64,000 bases of DNA. It comes from an uncultured Candidatus Entotheonella sp. GTDB taxonomy: Bacteria; Tectomicrobia; Entotheonellia; Entotheonellales; Entotheonellaceae. A model generated the notes under the pieces. The model searched no databases. It worked only from the letters and a program-made list of their open reading frames with translations, and had not been told where the DNA came from. Positions within the stretch are counted from its first letter, which is position 1. Each line of letters opens with the position of its first letter. Positions 39,741 through 50,068 of the stretch are shown here, in pieces. Where the stretch lies: positions 1,856,001 through 1,920,000 of the forward strand of contig OZ244252.1 in NCBI GenBank assembly GCA_965217185.1, in the 5' to 3' direction. Position numbers and translations under genes: made by a program.

Positions 39741-42266
39741 TTGGCCGGATCGCTTGAGAACGTGCGCGTGCTCGAACTCACCCGAAGCGTTGCGGGACCC
39801 TACGCCGCGAAGCTGCTGGCCGACCAGGGCGCTGACGTTATCAAGCTGGAGCCGCCGGGTGGCGACGACAGCCGCGCCTTCGGGCCATTCCCGAACGACG
39901 AACCGCACCCAGAGCGCTCCGGTTTGTTCCTGCATCTGAATCGCAACAAGAAGTCCATCGTCGTCGATCCGGCCAGCCCAGATGACGGCGCGGAGATCAT
40001 CCGACGGCTCGCTGCACAGGCCCATATCGTGTTGGAGGATTACCCCGCCGGCTCGGCCGACGCTTGGGGCTGGGGCTGGCAAACCCTGCAGGCCACCAAT
40101 CCGGCCCTGGTGCTGACGTCCATCACGCCGTTCGGGCAAAGCGGACCGTACCGCGACTACCGTGGCTCGGAACTCACCCTGCAAGCCATGGGCGGTCCCC
40201 TGATTACCAACGGCCACGAAGACCGCAAACCGCTCAAGTTGGCTGGCCACTACGCCCACTACCACGCCGGCATGGTGGCTGCGATGGCCACCCTGATGGC
40301 GCTGCGCCGCGCTGAGGCAACCGGCGCGGGCGACTGGATCGACGTGTCGGTGTACGAGTGCCAGGCCGGCTGCCGAGACCGCCAATCCACCAATCTGACC
40401 ATCGCGTCCTATACCGGCATGTCCGCGGGCCGCGGCCCCTCCGTCTGGCGCATGGGCACCGGCGTGCGGCCTTGCCGAGACGGCTACGTCAACATCATGG
40501 GTGCCTGGAACCGGCTACCGCGTCTGTTGCGGCTGATCGGCCGCGAGGACCTTCTCGATCACCCCCAGATCGGCGCCCCCATGGGCACCGAGCCGCAGGA
40601 GTTGGTCGACGCCGTCGAAACCGCCTACGCGGATTGGCTGGCGCCGCTAAGCAAGCGCGAAGCGGTCGACGCGGCGCAGGCCGGAGGGCTGCTGGCGGGA
40701 CCCGTGAACACGGTGGCGGATCTGCTGCAGGACCCCCATTTCCAGGCGCGCGGCGTCTGGGACACCGTCGATCATCCCGCAACCGGACCGCTGCAATTTC
40801 CCGGACGGCCGTTTGTCCTCACCCGCTCACCGCGCCGCCAACAACAGCGCGCCCCGCTGCTCGACGAACACGCCGAGGAGCGCGATACGGCCTGGTCCAC
40901 GGCAATCACCAGCCGGCCGGCAAAACCCCAGGACGCGACGCTCGCTTTACCACTCGAAGGGCTGCGAGTGGCGGAAATAACCGTCGTGTGGGCTGGACCT
41001 CACGTCACCCAGCTCCTGGGCGAGTGGGGCGCCGACATCGTGCGCGTCGAGCCGCTGAACAAGCCGCAACCCTACACGCGCGGCATGGAGGGCGTGCCGA
41101 CCCGCGAGCAGACGCGCCAACTCATGGACCAAGGCGTGCCCTCGCGGCTGGCAGACAGCAACCCTCAGCGCGACCCCTGGAACCGCAACGCCGCCTTCAA
41201 CTCGCACGCCCGCAACAAACGCTCCATGACCTGCGACATTATGACCCCCGAGGGGCACGAAACCCTGCTGCGCCTCGTCAAGCATTGCGACGTGCTGGTC
41301 GAAAACAACGCCCCGCAAACGATGGACAAAGCCGGTATCGACTGGGAAACCCTGCATCGCGTCAACCCTCGCCTCATCATGCTGCGCATGCCGGCCTTCG
41401 CGCTCGATGGCCCGTACCGCAACTACCGCGCCTTCGGCCTGCACGTGGAGGCCATGATCGGCCACACCCATCTACGCGGCTACCCCGGCCAGCCCCCCGG
41501 ACTGCTGAGCGAATCGCTGGCCAGCGACGGCCTTGCCGGCGTTCAGGGCGCCCTCACGGTGCTGATGGCGCTGCGCCACCGCGACCGCACCGGCGAGGGG
41601 CAACTCATCGAAATGCCCTTACCGGAGGGCTTTCTGCCAACCCTCGGCGAATTCATCATGGACTACACCATGAACGGCCGCGATGCGCCGTCGCAGGGCA
41701 ATCGGCATCGCTGGCACGCCCCGCACAACGTGTACCCGTGCCAAGGCGACGACAACTGGACCGCCGTCGACGTGGGCACGGATGCCGATTTCGCCGCCCT
41801 ATGCGGAGTACTGGACGCGCCCCACCTGATCGACGACCCGCGTTTTCGCACCGCCGCGGCGCGGTTGCAGAACGTCTCGGCGCTTGACGACGCCCTCGCA
41901 ATGGTGACCCCGACCCGCGACAAAGAGAGCCTTTTTCACGCCCTGCAAGCCGTCGGCGTGTGCGCCGCGCCGGTGCGCCGGGCGCTCGAAGTCCTGCACG
42001 ACCCCCATCTCGCGGCACGCGGGTTTTTTGAGGAACTGCCAACCGGTGACGAGCAGCGCCCGTATCTCTACCCCGGCCTGATCTTCCGCATGGCGCGCAC
42101 GCCGAACGCCCTGCGCACCGGTCCCGTTCGCTTGGGCGAGCACAACCGGGAAATCTACTGCGACCTGCTCGGCTACTCGCCTGACGAACTCGCCGCCCTG
42201 GAGCAGCAGGGCCACGTCGGCACCGCCCACCCGCCGCACGTCTGGCGCCCCGAGTCGGACGCATGA
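39741..42266 (+). CDS. Family III CoA-transferase (CaiB/BaiF), two fused domains
   Basis: Two copies of the fold (AGPYAAKLLADQGADVIKLE...NRNKKS; AGPHVTQLLGEWGADIVRVE...RNKRS). Confidence 0.9.
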   Translation: MAGSLENVRVLELTRSVAGPYAAKLLADQGADVIKLEPPGGDDSRAFGPFPNDEPHPERSGLFLHLNRNKKSIVVDPASPDDGAEIIRRLAAQAHIVLEDYPAGSADAWGWGWQTLQATNPALVLTSITPFGQSGPYRDYRGSELTLQAMGGPLITNGHEDRKPLKLAGHYAHYHAGMVAAMATLMALRRAEATGAGDWIDVSVYECQAGCRDRQSTNLTIASYTGMSAGRGPSVWRMGTGVRPCRDGYVNIMGAWNRLPRLLRLIGREDLLDHPQIGAPMGTEPQELVDAVETAYADWLAPLSKREAVDAAQAGGLLAGPVNTVADLLQDPHFQARGVWDTVDHPATGPLQFPGRPFVLTRSPRRQQQRAPLLDEHAEERDTAWSTAITSRPAKPQDATLALPLEGLRVAEITVVWAGPHVTQLLGEWGADIVRVEPLNKPQPYTRGMEGVPTREQTRQLMDQGVPSRLADSNPQRDPWNRNAAFNSHARNKRSMTCDIMTPEGHETLLRLVKHCDVLVENNAPQTMDKAGIDWETLHRVNPRLIMLRMPAFALDGPYRNYRAFGLHVEAMIGHTHLRGYPGQPPGLLSESLASDGLAGVQGALTVLMALRHRDRTGEGQLIEMPLPEGFLPTLGEFIMDYTMNGRDAPSQGNRHRWHAPHNVYPCQGDDNWTAVDVGTDADFAALCGVLDAPHLIDDPRFRTAAARLQNVSALDDALAMVTPTRDKESLFHALQAVGVCAAPVRRALEVLHDPHLAARGFFEELPTGDEQRPYLYPGLIFRMARTPNALRTGPVRLGEHNREIYCDLLGYSPDELAALEQQGHVGTAHPPHVWRPESDA

Positions 42267-42272
42267 GGTAGC

Positions 42273-43265
42273 ATGGACCCACTCTCCCAAGGCGTCCTGG
42301 GGGTCGCAGCCGCACAGGCCGTAGGCAAGAAGCCCCAGGCACGCCGCGCCGCTTTCATGGGCCTGGTGGCCGGATTGGCGCCGGACGCCGACGTGTTCAT
42401 CACCTCGGCCACCGACCCGCTGCTGTCGCTGCAATTCCATCGCCAGTTCACCCACGCGCTGGCGTTCATTCCAATCGGCGCCCTCCTCGTGGCCCTGGTC
42501 CTGCACCCCATTATGGGTCGCAGGGCCTTGCGTTTCAGGACTACCTACTTATCCTGCCTCGCCGGTTACGCCACACACGGCCTGTTGGATGCCTGCACCT
42601 CCTATGGCACCCAGCTTCTGTGGCCATTCTCGGACCTTCGCGTCGCCTGGAACAACATCTCAATCATCGATCCCCTGTTCACCGTGCCGATCCTCCTGCT
42701 GGTGATGCTCGGCATCTGGCGCCGGTCTCCCGTGCTGACTCGCTGCGCCCTCCTGTGGGCCGTGGCCTACCTGTTGCTTGGCGTCGTGCAACGGGACCGC
42801 GCTGCTGCCATCGGCTATGACGTGGCCGCCACACGAGAGCACGCCGTCACACGACTTTCCGCCAAACCAACCTTCGGCAATCTCCTGGTATGGAAAATCA
42901 TCTACGAAGCGGAAGGCATGTTCTACGTCGATGCCGTGCGGGTGGGCCTCGGCAGCCGGCACTACCCCGGCACCGCCATTGCCAAGCTAGACACCGCCCG
43001 CGACCTGCCATGGCTACAGCTTGGCACGCAGCAAGCGCGCGACGTTGAACGCTTCCGCTGGTTCTCCGGCGACTACTTGGCCTTGGCCGGCGACAACACG
43101 ATTACCGATATCCGCTACTCCCTGGTACCCAACGAAATCGAAGGTCTGTGGGGCATTACCCTCAGCCCTCGCGCCGCCCCACACGAACACGTGCGCTCCG
43201 TCGGCGGTCGTACCGTCACGGCCGGCAAATGGCAGGCGTTCAGAGACATGCTGCTGGGAAACTGA
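42273..43265 (+). CDS. Membrane metal-dependent hydrolase (YdjM/YfhP-like)
   Basis: MDPLSQ, PDAD, HRQFTHA, HGLLDACTSYGT, IIDP. Confidence 0.85.
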   Translation: MDPLSQGVLGVAAAQAVGKKPQARRAAFMGLVAGLAPDADVFITSATDPLLSLQFHRQFTHALAFIPIGALLVALVLHPIMGRRALRFRTTYLSCLAGYATHGLLDACTSYGTQLLWPFSDLRVAWNNISIIDPLFTVPILLLVMLGIWRRSPVLTRCALLWAVAYLLLGVVQRDRAAAIGYDVAATREHAVTRLSAKPTFGNLLVWKIIYEAEGMFYVDAVRVGLGSRHYPGTAIAKLDTARDLPWLQLGTQQARDVERFRWFSGDYLALAGDNTITDIRYSLVPNEIEGLWGITLSPRAAPHEHVRSVGGRTVTAGKWQAFRDMLLGN

Positions 43266-43379
43266 ATGGCTGGCCTGGAATGCAGGGTTCAGATTGGAAA
43301 CATCAATCTGGATGCCTTTAGTCAGGCGTTAAGGTCTGTGGTAGGATTCCGCGAAGTCGGAGCACCAAAGGAGAGTTCT

Positions 43380-43607
43380 GTGAATTGGCGAGATCACATT
43401 ACGGTTGATCCTGAGGTCTGCCATGGAAGGACGTGTATAGCCGGCACACGAGTGTTGGTAACCACCGTGCTCGACAATCTTGCCGCTGGTCTGGACGCCG
43501 AAGCCATCGTCAGCAGTTACCCATCGATCAACCGCGAGTCTGTGCAGGCGGCTGTGAGTTATGCGGCGGGATTGGCGAAAGAGAGAGTCGTTGCATGGTC
43601 CGCTTAG
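43380..43607 (+). CDS. DUF433 antitoxin-like protein
   Basis: ITVDPEVCHGRTCIAGTRV...YPSI...AAVSYA; GTG start after AAGGAG. Confidence 0.85.
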   Translation: MNWRDHITVDPEVCHGRTCIAGTRVLVTTVLDNLAAGLDAEAIVSSYPSINRESVQAAVSYAAGLAKERVVAWSA

Positions 43608-43619
43608 CCGCCAAAGCCG

Positions 43620-43889
43620 CAAGGGCTTAGTGGAGCGAAAGACCCGGATCTGATAACCCTGTACCGTCTTGAAGGTAGGACGCTGATAACGCTCGACACC
43701 GACTTCTCGGACATCCGAGCCTACCAGCCAAGCACACATTCAGGGATTGTGGTGTCTCGGCTTCAAAGTCAGATGCGCGACCACGTTCTGGAAGTCGGAA
43801 GACGTTTCCTCCAGGAACTTTCACACTCGACACTCGACGGTCAACTTTGGACCGTGGAAGAATCGCGGATCAGGATCCGTGATAGGTGA
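43620..43889 (+). pseudogene. 5'-truncated DUF5615/PIN-like toxin
   Basis: Manual translation QGLSGAKDPDL...EGRTLITLDTDFSDIRAYQPSTHSGIVV...LWTVEESRIRIR; no start codon or N-terminal DEN motif. Confidence 0.8.
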
Positions 43890-43967
43890 AGGCCAGAAAT
43901 TGCGCCCCGCCTTGCACAGGTAATACGCGACAAAACCCTATCTTTTCAACACGGAGGCATTTCGGTT

Positions 43968-44837
43968 ATGCAACAGCGGCAACTTGGCAATATCCGCATC
44001 ACCCGTATCGTGGAATCGGTCGGCACCGATTTCCAACCCCTGACGTTTTTTCCTGAGACCGGCCCCGAGGACTGGGAAGCGCACCGCAATTGGATGCTGC
44101 CGCGGGCCATGGATACGGCCTCCGGCAATCTGATACTGGTGTTCCAGGCGTTCCTGGTTCAGACCTCGCACCATACCATCATCGTTGACACATGCGTGGG
44201 GGACGACAAGCCGCGCGAGGCGCGCCCAAGCTGGCACCTGCAACAACTCGGTACCTTTCTGCCGCTGCTGGCCAAGGCCGGGGTGACGCCTGAGGACGTC
44301 GATTACGTGTTTTGCACCCACATGCACTCAGACCACGTCGGCTGGAATACCCAGCTACGCGACGGGCGCTGGGTTCCCACGTTCCCCAACGCGCAGTACG
44401 TATTTGCGCGCGGCGAACTGGAGGGTTGGGAAAAGTTGCACCGCGAGACGCCGCAGCCGCACCTGATCGACAGCGTGTACCCGATTCTGGAAGCGGGTCA
44501 GGCAAAGCTGGTCGAGCCCGACTTCGCGCTCGACGACGAGGTGTGGCTGGAATCGACACCCGGCCACACGCCGGATCACGTGAGCGTGCGGCTGGCGTCG
44601 CAGGGGGCGCAGGCGATCATAACCGGCGATCTCATTCACAACCCGGTGCAATGCCTCGAACCGGCGTGGATCATGAGGGCCGACTTCGAGCCGGAGCGCG
44701 CCAAAGCAACACGGCAGAAATTTCTGGACGCGCACTGCGAGGCCGACGTGCTGATCTGCGCCACGCACTTTCCGGAGCCGTCGTTCGGGCGCCTCGTACG
44801 GCGCGACGACGCCTTCTGGTTCGATTACGAGGAATAG
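43968..44837 (+). CDS. Metallo-beta-lactamase-fold hydrolase
   Basis: THMHSDHVGWN, TPGHTP, GDLIH, THF. Confidence 0.92.
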   Translation: MQQRQLGNIRITRIVESVGTDFQPLTFFPETGPEDWEAHRNWMLPRAMDTASGNLILVFQAFLVQTSHHTIIVDTCVGDDKPREARPSWHLQQLGTFLPLLAKAGVTPEDVDYVFCTHMHSDHVGWNTQLRDGRWVPTFPNAQYVFARGELEGWEKLHRETPQPHLIDSVYPILEAGQAKLVEPDFALDDEVWLESTPGHTPDHVSVRLASQGAQAIITGDLIHNPVQCLEPAWIMRADFEPERAKATRQKFLDAHCEADVLICATHFPEPSFGRLVRRDDAFWFDYEE

Positions 44838-44849
44838 AGAGAGGCTGCC

Positions 44850-46004
44850 CTATCCCGGCGGCAGTCCCAGCCCACGCGTGGCCATGATGTTGCGCAGGAT
44901 GGACGAGGTGCCGCCCTGGATCGTATAGGCAGGGGCATACAGGTAGGCGCGGGCGACGCGGCCATCCAGCGGCGCGCAGGGAGAGCCGGGAAGCAGTTGG
45001 CCGTAGCCGCCCATAAGCTCGCTGGCGGCCTGCGCCAAGCGCTGCTCGAACTCGGTGCAGTACGCCTTGGCGGCTGCCGATTCGGCATTCGGTACGACGC
45101 CTTGGGTCAGCAGCCAAGCCACACGGTAGATCATCAGCTTGCCCATGGTGAATTCGATATGCAGTTGCGCCAGCCGATGCCGCACCACCTCACTGCGGCC
45201 CCTGCCGGTGTCGCGGACGTGGCGCCGTATGGCGTCCATCAGGGCATAGTTGCTCATCAGCCGCTCAATGCCGCTGCGCTCATAGTCGAGTTGCGAGGCG
45301 ATCTGATACCAGCCGCGGTCCTTCTCCCCCACCAGGGCCTCTTGCGGAATGCGCACGTCATCGAAAAACACCTCGTTGAAGTGATGCGCCCCGGTCATGT
45401 CCACAATGGGCTTGATGGTGATGCCCGGCGTTTTCATGTCGACCAGAAACTCGCTAATGCCCTTGTGCTTGGGCCCATCCGGCGTGGTGCGAGCCACCAG
45501 GTAGCAGTAATCCGCCTGGTGCGCAAAGCTCGTCCAGATCTTCTGCCCGTGCAGAACGAATTCGTCCCCCTCCTGCACAGCGCGGGTCTGCAAACCCGCC
45601 AGATCCGAACCCGCCCCCGGCTCGCTCATACCGATGCAAAACACCAGGTCGCCGGAAACGATGCCCGGCAGGAAGGCAGCTTTTTGCGCCTCGGAACCGT
45701 AGCGCAGGATCGACGGCCCCATCTGCCGGTCGCCCAGCCAGTGCGCCGCCACCGGCGCCCCGTGGCGCAGCAACTCCTCGGTGAGAATGAGGCGGTGGAG
45801 GTAGGTGCGGCCCTGCCCGCCGTATTCTCTCGGCCACGTCAGACCGATCCAGCCGCGGGAAGCCAGCTTCTTTGAGAATGCACGGTCGAATCCAAGAATC
45901 CAGGCGTCTTCAGCCACCGCCTGCGAGGACGGCAGCGCCTCCTGCAAAAAGTCGCGTATCTCCTGCCGAAAGGCCTCTTGTTCGGGTGTAAAACGGAAGT
46001 CCAT
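44850..46004 (-). CDS. Acyl-CoA dehydrogenase family
   Basis: MSEPGAGSDL, GQKIWTS, FNEVFFD, TIQGGTS. Confidence 0.93.
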   Translation of the reverse strand: MDFRFTPEQEAFRQEIRDFLQEALPSSQAVAEDAWILGFDRAFSKKLASRGWIGLTWPREYGGQGRTYLHRLILTEELLRHGAPVAAHWLGDRQMGPSILRYGSEAQKAAFLPGIVSGDLVFCIGMSEPGAGSDLAGLQTRAVQEGDEFVLHGQKIWTSFAHQADYCYLVARTTPDGPKHKGISEFLVDMKTPGITIKPIVDMTGAHHFNEVFFDDVRIPQEALVGEKDRGWYQIASQLDYERSGIERLMSNYALMDAIRRHVRDTGRGRSEVVRHRLAQLHIEFTMGKLMIYRVAWLLTQGVVPNAESAAAKAYCTEFEQRLAQAASELMGGYGQLLPGSPCAPLDGRVARAYLYAPAYTIQGGTSSILRNIMATRGLGLPPG

Positions 46005-46022
46005 GATGCTCCACCGCGCCAC

Positions 46023-46811
46023 TCAAAAGCGGCGCTCGAATGTGATGCGCGTACCAACCGGCGCCTTGATCTGCGCCGACGCGTTGCCCTGCGTCAGGGC
46101 GATCTCCAAGGTATCGTTGCTGCTAACGAGCGCCACAAGCTCGCCCGGCGGCTGATTGCCATAGGTGGCGCAGAAAGGCACCGCCCAGCGGCGCTCGTCG
46201 ATCTTGAACGAGAGATTCCGGCCGACCTGTAGCCCCGGTAACAAATTTGGGGTGACGTTGGTGACGACATTGCCGAAATGGTCGACGTGCACGATTTCGC
46301 CCATCGCAGCCTGGCCAACTGCGCGCGGTGGATTGACAGGGAAGGTGTCCAAGTCTTCCACCGGCGGCCCGAAATCCGCCGCCGGCACCCCGCTGGCAAG
46401 ATGCGCCGCCACCGGAGCAAAGATATCTCGCCCATGAAAGGTCGACGAAATCCGATGCCGAAAATAGCCGCTCTCCGTCAGCTTGTAAGCCTCGCGCAGC
46501 CCTTGCTCTGCCAGCACGTGCGTGAACACGCCGTTATCCGGCCCGATGAACCATGTGCCGGACTGTGTGGCGCACAGCACCGGGCGGCGCGCCGTGCCGA
46601 CACCGGGGTCGACCACCGTTACCACGATGCTGTCGGCCGGCAGATAGCGGCTCGACGCCTCCACCAAATAAGCTGCTTGGCGCACGTCGAACGCCGCCAC
46701 CTCGTGATTGAGATCAATCACCGTCAGGGCCGCATTGATGCTCAGAATGACGCCCTTCATCTGCGCCACGTAAGCATCCCGCACCCCGAAATCGGTGAAC
46801 AACGCAATCAT
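46023..46811 (-). CDS. DUF62 SAM hydroxide adenosyltransferase (SAM hydrolase) family
   Basis: TDFG..D.Y, VVDPGVGTAR, GPDNG, STFHGRDIF, DHFGN. Confidence 0.88.
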   Translation of the reverse strand: MIALFTDFGVRDAYVAQMKGVILSINAALTVIDLNHEVAAFDVRQAAYLVEASSRYLPADSIVVTVVDPGVGTARRPVLCATQSGTWFIGPDNGVFTHVLAEQGLREAYKLTESGYFRHRISSTFHGRDIFAPVAAHLASGVPAADFGPPVEDLDTFPVNPPRAVGQAAMGEIVHVDHFGNVVTNVTPNLLPGLQVGRNLSFKIDERRWAVPFCATYGNQPPGELVALVSSNDTLEIALTQGNASAQIKAPVGTRITFERRF

Positions 46812-46938
46812 TCGCTTCACCCTGCCGCACTCCATCCGGCGACCTTATTTTCGCTTTGCGTACATACGCGCCGATTTGGTAGCATAGCGCCTCATCAACC
46901 TTGGCAATGTCCATAAAGTCCGTTCAGAGGCACTCGTC

Positions 46939-47904
46939 ATGCAGTCTGTCTGGTGGGATTGTTGGCGCTGGGTGCGCGGCTTGGCAAACCGCAGAACCTT
47001 CTTCGCGCTGCCCTTGCTCGTGCTCCTGATTCTCGGCAGCGGCACTTTGAGCTTGGCGTATTTTGAGGCGCTGCCGACGGTGAACGCCGCGTGGTGGCGC
47101 GTGCTCGGCGCCGTCACCATGCTGGCCGCCCTCGGCCTGCTGGCGACTCTCGGCACCTCAATGATCGGCTTGGTGGTCAGCCCGCGCTCCGATGCCCGGC
47201 TCGCACGGCTGCAACCCTATACGGATCATTTCGTCCTGTGCGGCTGGAACACGAAGGCGTTACAGATTCTTGAGGAGTTGAGAAGCGACCAGCGCACCGC
47301 CAACGCCCCGGTGGTGCTGGTTGCCGACTTGCCCGAAAAGCCGGCCGAGGTGCCGCATTTCGTGCGCGGCAATCTGACGCTGAGCACCATGGAGCAAGCG
47401 AATCTGGCGGCTGCCCGCGCCGTCATTGTGCTGGGCGAGTCCGAAGACGACCCCTTTTCCAGCGATGCACGGGCCATCCTGAGCACACACGCTATCAAAT
47501 CAGCGTACCCGGGTTTGTACACCTGCGTTGAGCTTCAGGACGCCAGTAACCTGCCCCATTGCCGCAGCGCCCGCGCCGACGAGATCATTGTCGGCGGTGC
47601 TCTCAGCAGCGCCTTGCTGGCCCGCGCCGCCCGCGATCCCGGCGTCACCCGCATCGTCTCGGAACTGCTGCGCAGCCGACAGGGTCACGAGTTGTTTCTA
47701 TGCCCGACGCCGGTAGGCGTCGTCGGCAAAACGTTCCTGGAAATCCTCGTAGAGCTGAAACGGGATTACAATCTGTTGGTGGTCGGTATCCAGAGCGGCG
47801 AGGGCATCCTGCACACCAACCCGCCCGGCACCTACCAGATGCGGGCCATCGACCGGCTCTACGTCATCGCCGCCGAGCGCCCCTCGTTCGCCCCTGTGCG
47901 CTAG
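46939..47904 (+). CDS. Potassium-channel-like protein with RCK (TrkA-N/TrkA-C) domains, pore loop absent
   Basis: Two TM helices, then HFVLCGWN Rossmann domain, ADEIIV and TrkA-C (NPP...DRLYVIA); no TxGYGD. Confidence 0.8.
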   Translation: MQSVWWDCWRWVRGLANRRTFFALPLLVLLILGSGTLSLAYFEALPTVNAAWWRVLGAVTMLAALGLLATLGTSMIGLVVSPRSDARLARLQPYTDHFVLCGWNTKALQILEELRSDQRTANAPVVLVADLPEKPAEVPHFVRGNLTLSTMEQANLAAARAVIVLGESEDDPFSSDARAILSTHAIKSAYPGLYTCVELQDASNLPHCRSARADEIIVGGALSSALLARAARDPGVTRIVSELLRSRQGHELFLCPTPVGVVGKTFLEILVELKRDYNLLVVGIQSGEGILHTNPPGTYQMRAIDRLYVIAAERPSFAPVR

Positions 47905-47909
47905 GCCGC

Positions 47910-48332
47910 TCAATTCGCACTGTAGTAACGCACTTCGATCCGCCGGGACTCGGGGTCCAAGAAATAGATCGACGTGCCGTTGCCGTGCGCCCCCCAGCGT
48001 GTTACCGGTCCCTCCTCGATCACCACGCCATGCGCCGTCAAGTGCGCCATTAGACGCGGCATGTCGTCCTCGTTCAGCACCAGACAGAAATGGTTGAGAT
48101 CGCTGCGCTCCGGCGTTGCATCGTCGCTTTCGGCAACGGGAAACAGGTCAATGACCGTATCGGCGCTGATTCGCACGGACGGAAATGGCACCTCTCCACG
48201 CCGGAACTCCGCCAGCCGCTCCGCCGGCAGCCCCAGCACGTGCTGGTAGAAATCCAGTACACCGTCCATGTCGCGCACGTTCAGAACGATATGATCCATA
48301 GCTGTCATACGGAACATGTTTCGATTCTCCAT
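47910..48332 (-). CDS. VOC/glyoxalase family protein
   Basis: DHIVLNVRD, FYQHVLG, HFCL, SIYFLDPE. Confidence 0.88.
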   Translation of the reverse strand: MENRNMFRMTAMDHIVLNVRDMDGVLDFYQHVLGLPAERLAEFRRGEVPFPSVRISADTVIDLFPVAESDDATPERSDLNHFCLVLNEDDMPRLMAHLTAHGVVIEEGPVTRWGAHGNGTSIYFLDPESRRIEVRYYSAN

Positions 48333-48356
48333 GGAGAGTTCGAGGCGGGGACGGAC

Positions 48357-48563
48357 CTACTCCTCCACCTCGTCGTCACCGGGCGCCAGCGAGCGCAGGT
48401 CATTTTCCGATGCCGGTTCGCCCGGCAGTCGGTAGTCACCGGACGCCCAGACACCCAGGTCGATCATGCGGCAACGTTCGGAGCAAAAGGGGTAGGACGT
48501 CGTTTCGGGCCACGTCACCTCGCGGTCGCAGCACGGGCACTGCCGGCGTAGCTGGCGTTTCAT
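48357..48563 (-). CDS. yacG: DNA gyrase inhibitor YacG
   Basis: CPCC...PFCSERCRMIDLGVW. Confidence 0.9.
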   Translation of the reverse strand: MKRQLRRQCPCCDREVTWPETTSYPFCSERCRMIDLGVWASGDYRLPGEPASENDLRSLAPGDDEVEE

Positions 48564-48698
48564 AGCCTCCCTTCTATAGAAGCCCACAACTCTGTGACGG
48601 GTCTGTCAGTATGCCAACCCCATACGGCCCACAACTCGACAACTGACGGGGAGCCTTTCGGTTGGTAAAGACAGAGGCGTTTAAAAGTTTGCTGCATC

Positions 48699-50068
48699 TC
48701 AAATGGCATCATCAATACCTTCGGAGAAATCAGGCATGGGTAATGGCGCTGAGGTGTCAATAGCTGCTTTCACGGTTGCCTCATCTATGGTGGCAGCTCC
48801 TTCCCGCATTGCGGTTTGAACAATGTTGGCGGCAGTTGAAAGAAGGACGCGTGGATGCAACATTTGCTGGTTACCAAGCAGAGCGTTCATGCCCTCTTCT
48901 GTGAACGGTTTTATAGTTCCGTTGTCTCCCTGATCAATCCGGTAGTGGTCTAGGTGAGCAACCACAATCTCACGGGCCTGGTCTTCCTTAGGTAAGGGCA
49001 ATTCCACCGAGTTGGGAGAGATTGGGTCCAAACGGGCAATTGCAGATAAACCCGCATCTCCCCAAGCTTGCGACAATCCAACGGAAGCCTGTTGGTGAGT
49101 TGTCAAAACATTAGAGAAAAAGTTATGTGTGGTGTTCGCATAGCCTGGTCGTATCGTGCAGAGTCCAAATTCTTTGGCGAATTCAATCCGATGTCTTCTG
49201 GCCATTTGGTCAACCAGATTTTCAATGTCATCAATAAACAAATAGCCTCCTGCGAACCCCGCAGCTCGCAAGAAATAAACCATATCATTGAAGAGCAGCG
49301 AGCGTGAATAATCCAAGATTTTAGTATCGCGTGGAACATACAAAGGCTCAAGATTACCGTCTCTTCGCAGAGAACGGAGGTAGTTTTCGAACTGTCCTTG
49401 GGCTAAAGCCTCAGCTACGATGGGCTGTATACCCTCATCCTGAAGTCGTCGCGCGATTTCCTGGTCCAGGACGGCAGTTTGGACCGCCTTGTCCTGCAAA
49501 ATAGCATTGTTGAGCAAGTTGTCGGGGTTTTCACTACCATCAGGATTTTGGAGCACGGCGCGCGCCTGTTCATCCGTCAGGGCTTCTAACCGAAGCGCCG
49601 CTCGCGAGGCATCCAATATGCCATTTTTGCAGATATCAACAAGCGCGGATAAAGCCAATTGTTCCATGTATCTGCGGTCTACTTGGGAGGGAAACGAGAC
49701 ATAAATGACCGCAGCCGAGAATTGTTCATTGAATTCGGTTCGTCCCCAGTCCTTATTGATCCGTTGCCGGAAATAGCGCAGTAGCGCGGTTTTGCCCATG
49801 CCACGCCCACTTTGCTGATCCCCTTTTACCATAGGTATGCTAAGCGGACTCGGTTAGAAAAGTCGTCGGGGCGAATAAGCAAACGCTCAAATTTCTCAAT
49901 TTCGACTTTTGCTGGCGACTCGGCGTAGATAGTACCGTTTCGTCGAGGGTCAGTACTATAGGGATTAACTGCGGGCTCATTCGGAAATGGCAAATCTTTC
50001 AATCCAAGTGATTCATAAGGCGACGGGTTGGAGGAGGCAGTACTTCTTTTGGGCAATTGCACCATCAT
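48699..50068 (-). pseudogene. AAA+/P-loop ATPase split by a 1-bp frameshift at about 49828
   Basis: Upstream ORF ends RLAYLW-stop; downstream frame continues KGDQQSGRGMGKT (Walker A), YLFIDDIE (Walker B), PFTEEG...HPRVLL. Confidence 0.78.

Noticed and set aside
39741..42266. Double CaiB domain as a novelty
   Set aside because: Tandem-fused family III CoA-transferases are well known.
46023..46811. Fluorinase/chlorinase (halogenase)
   Set aside because: Has the DUF62 hydrolase-type FHGRD and GTAR motifs and no biosynthetic context.
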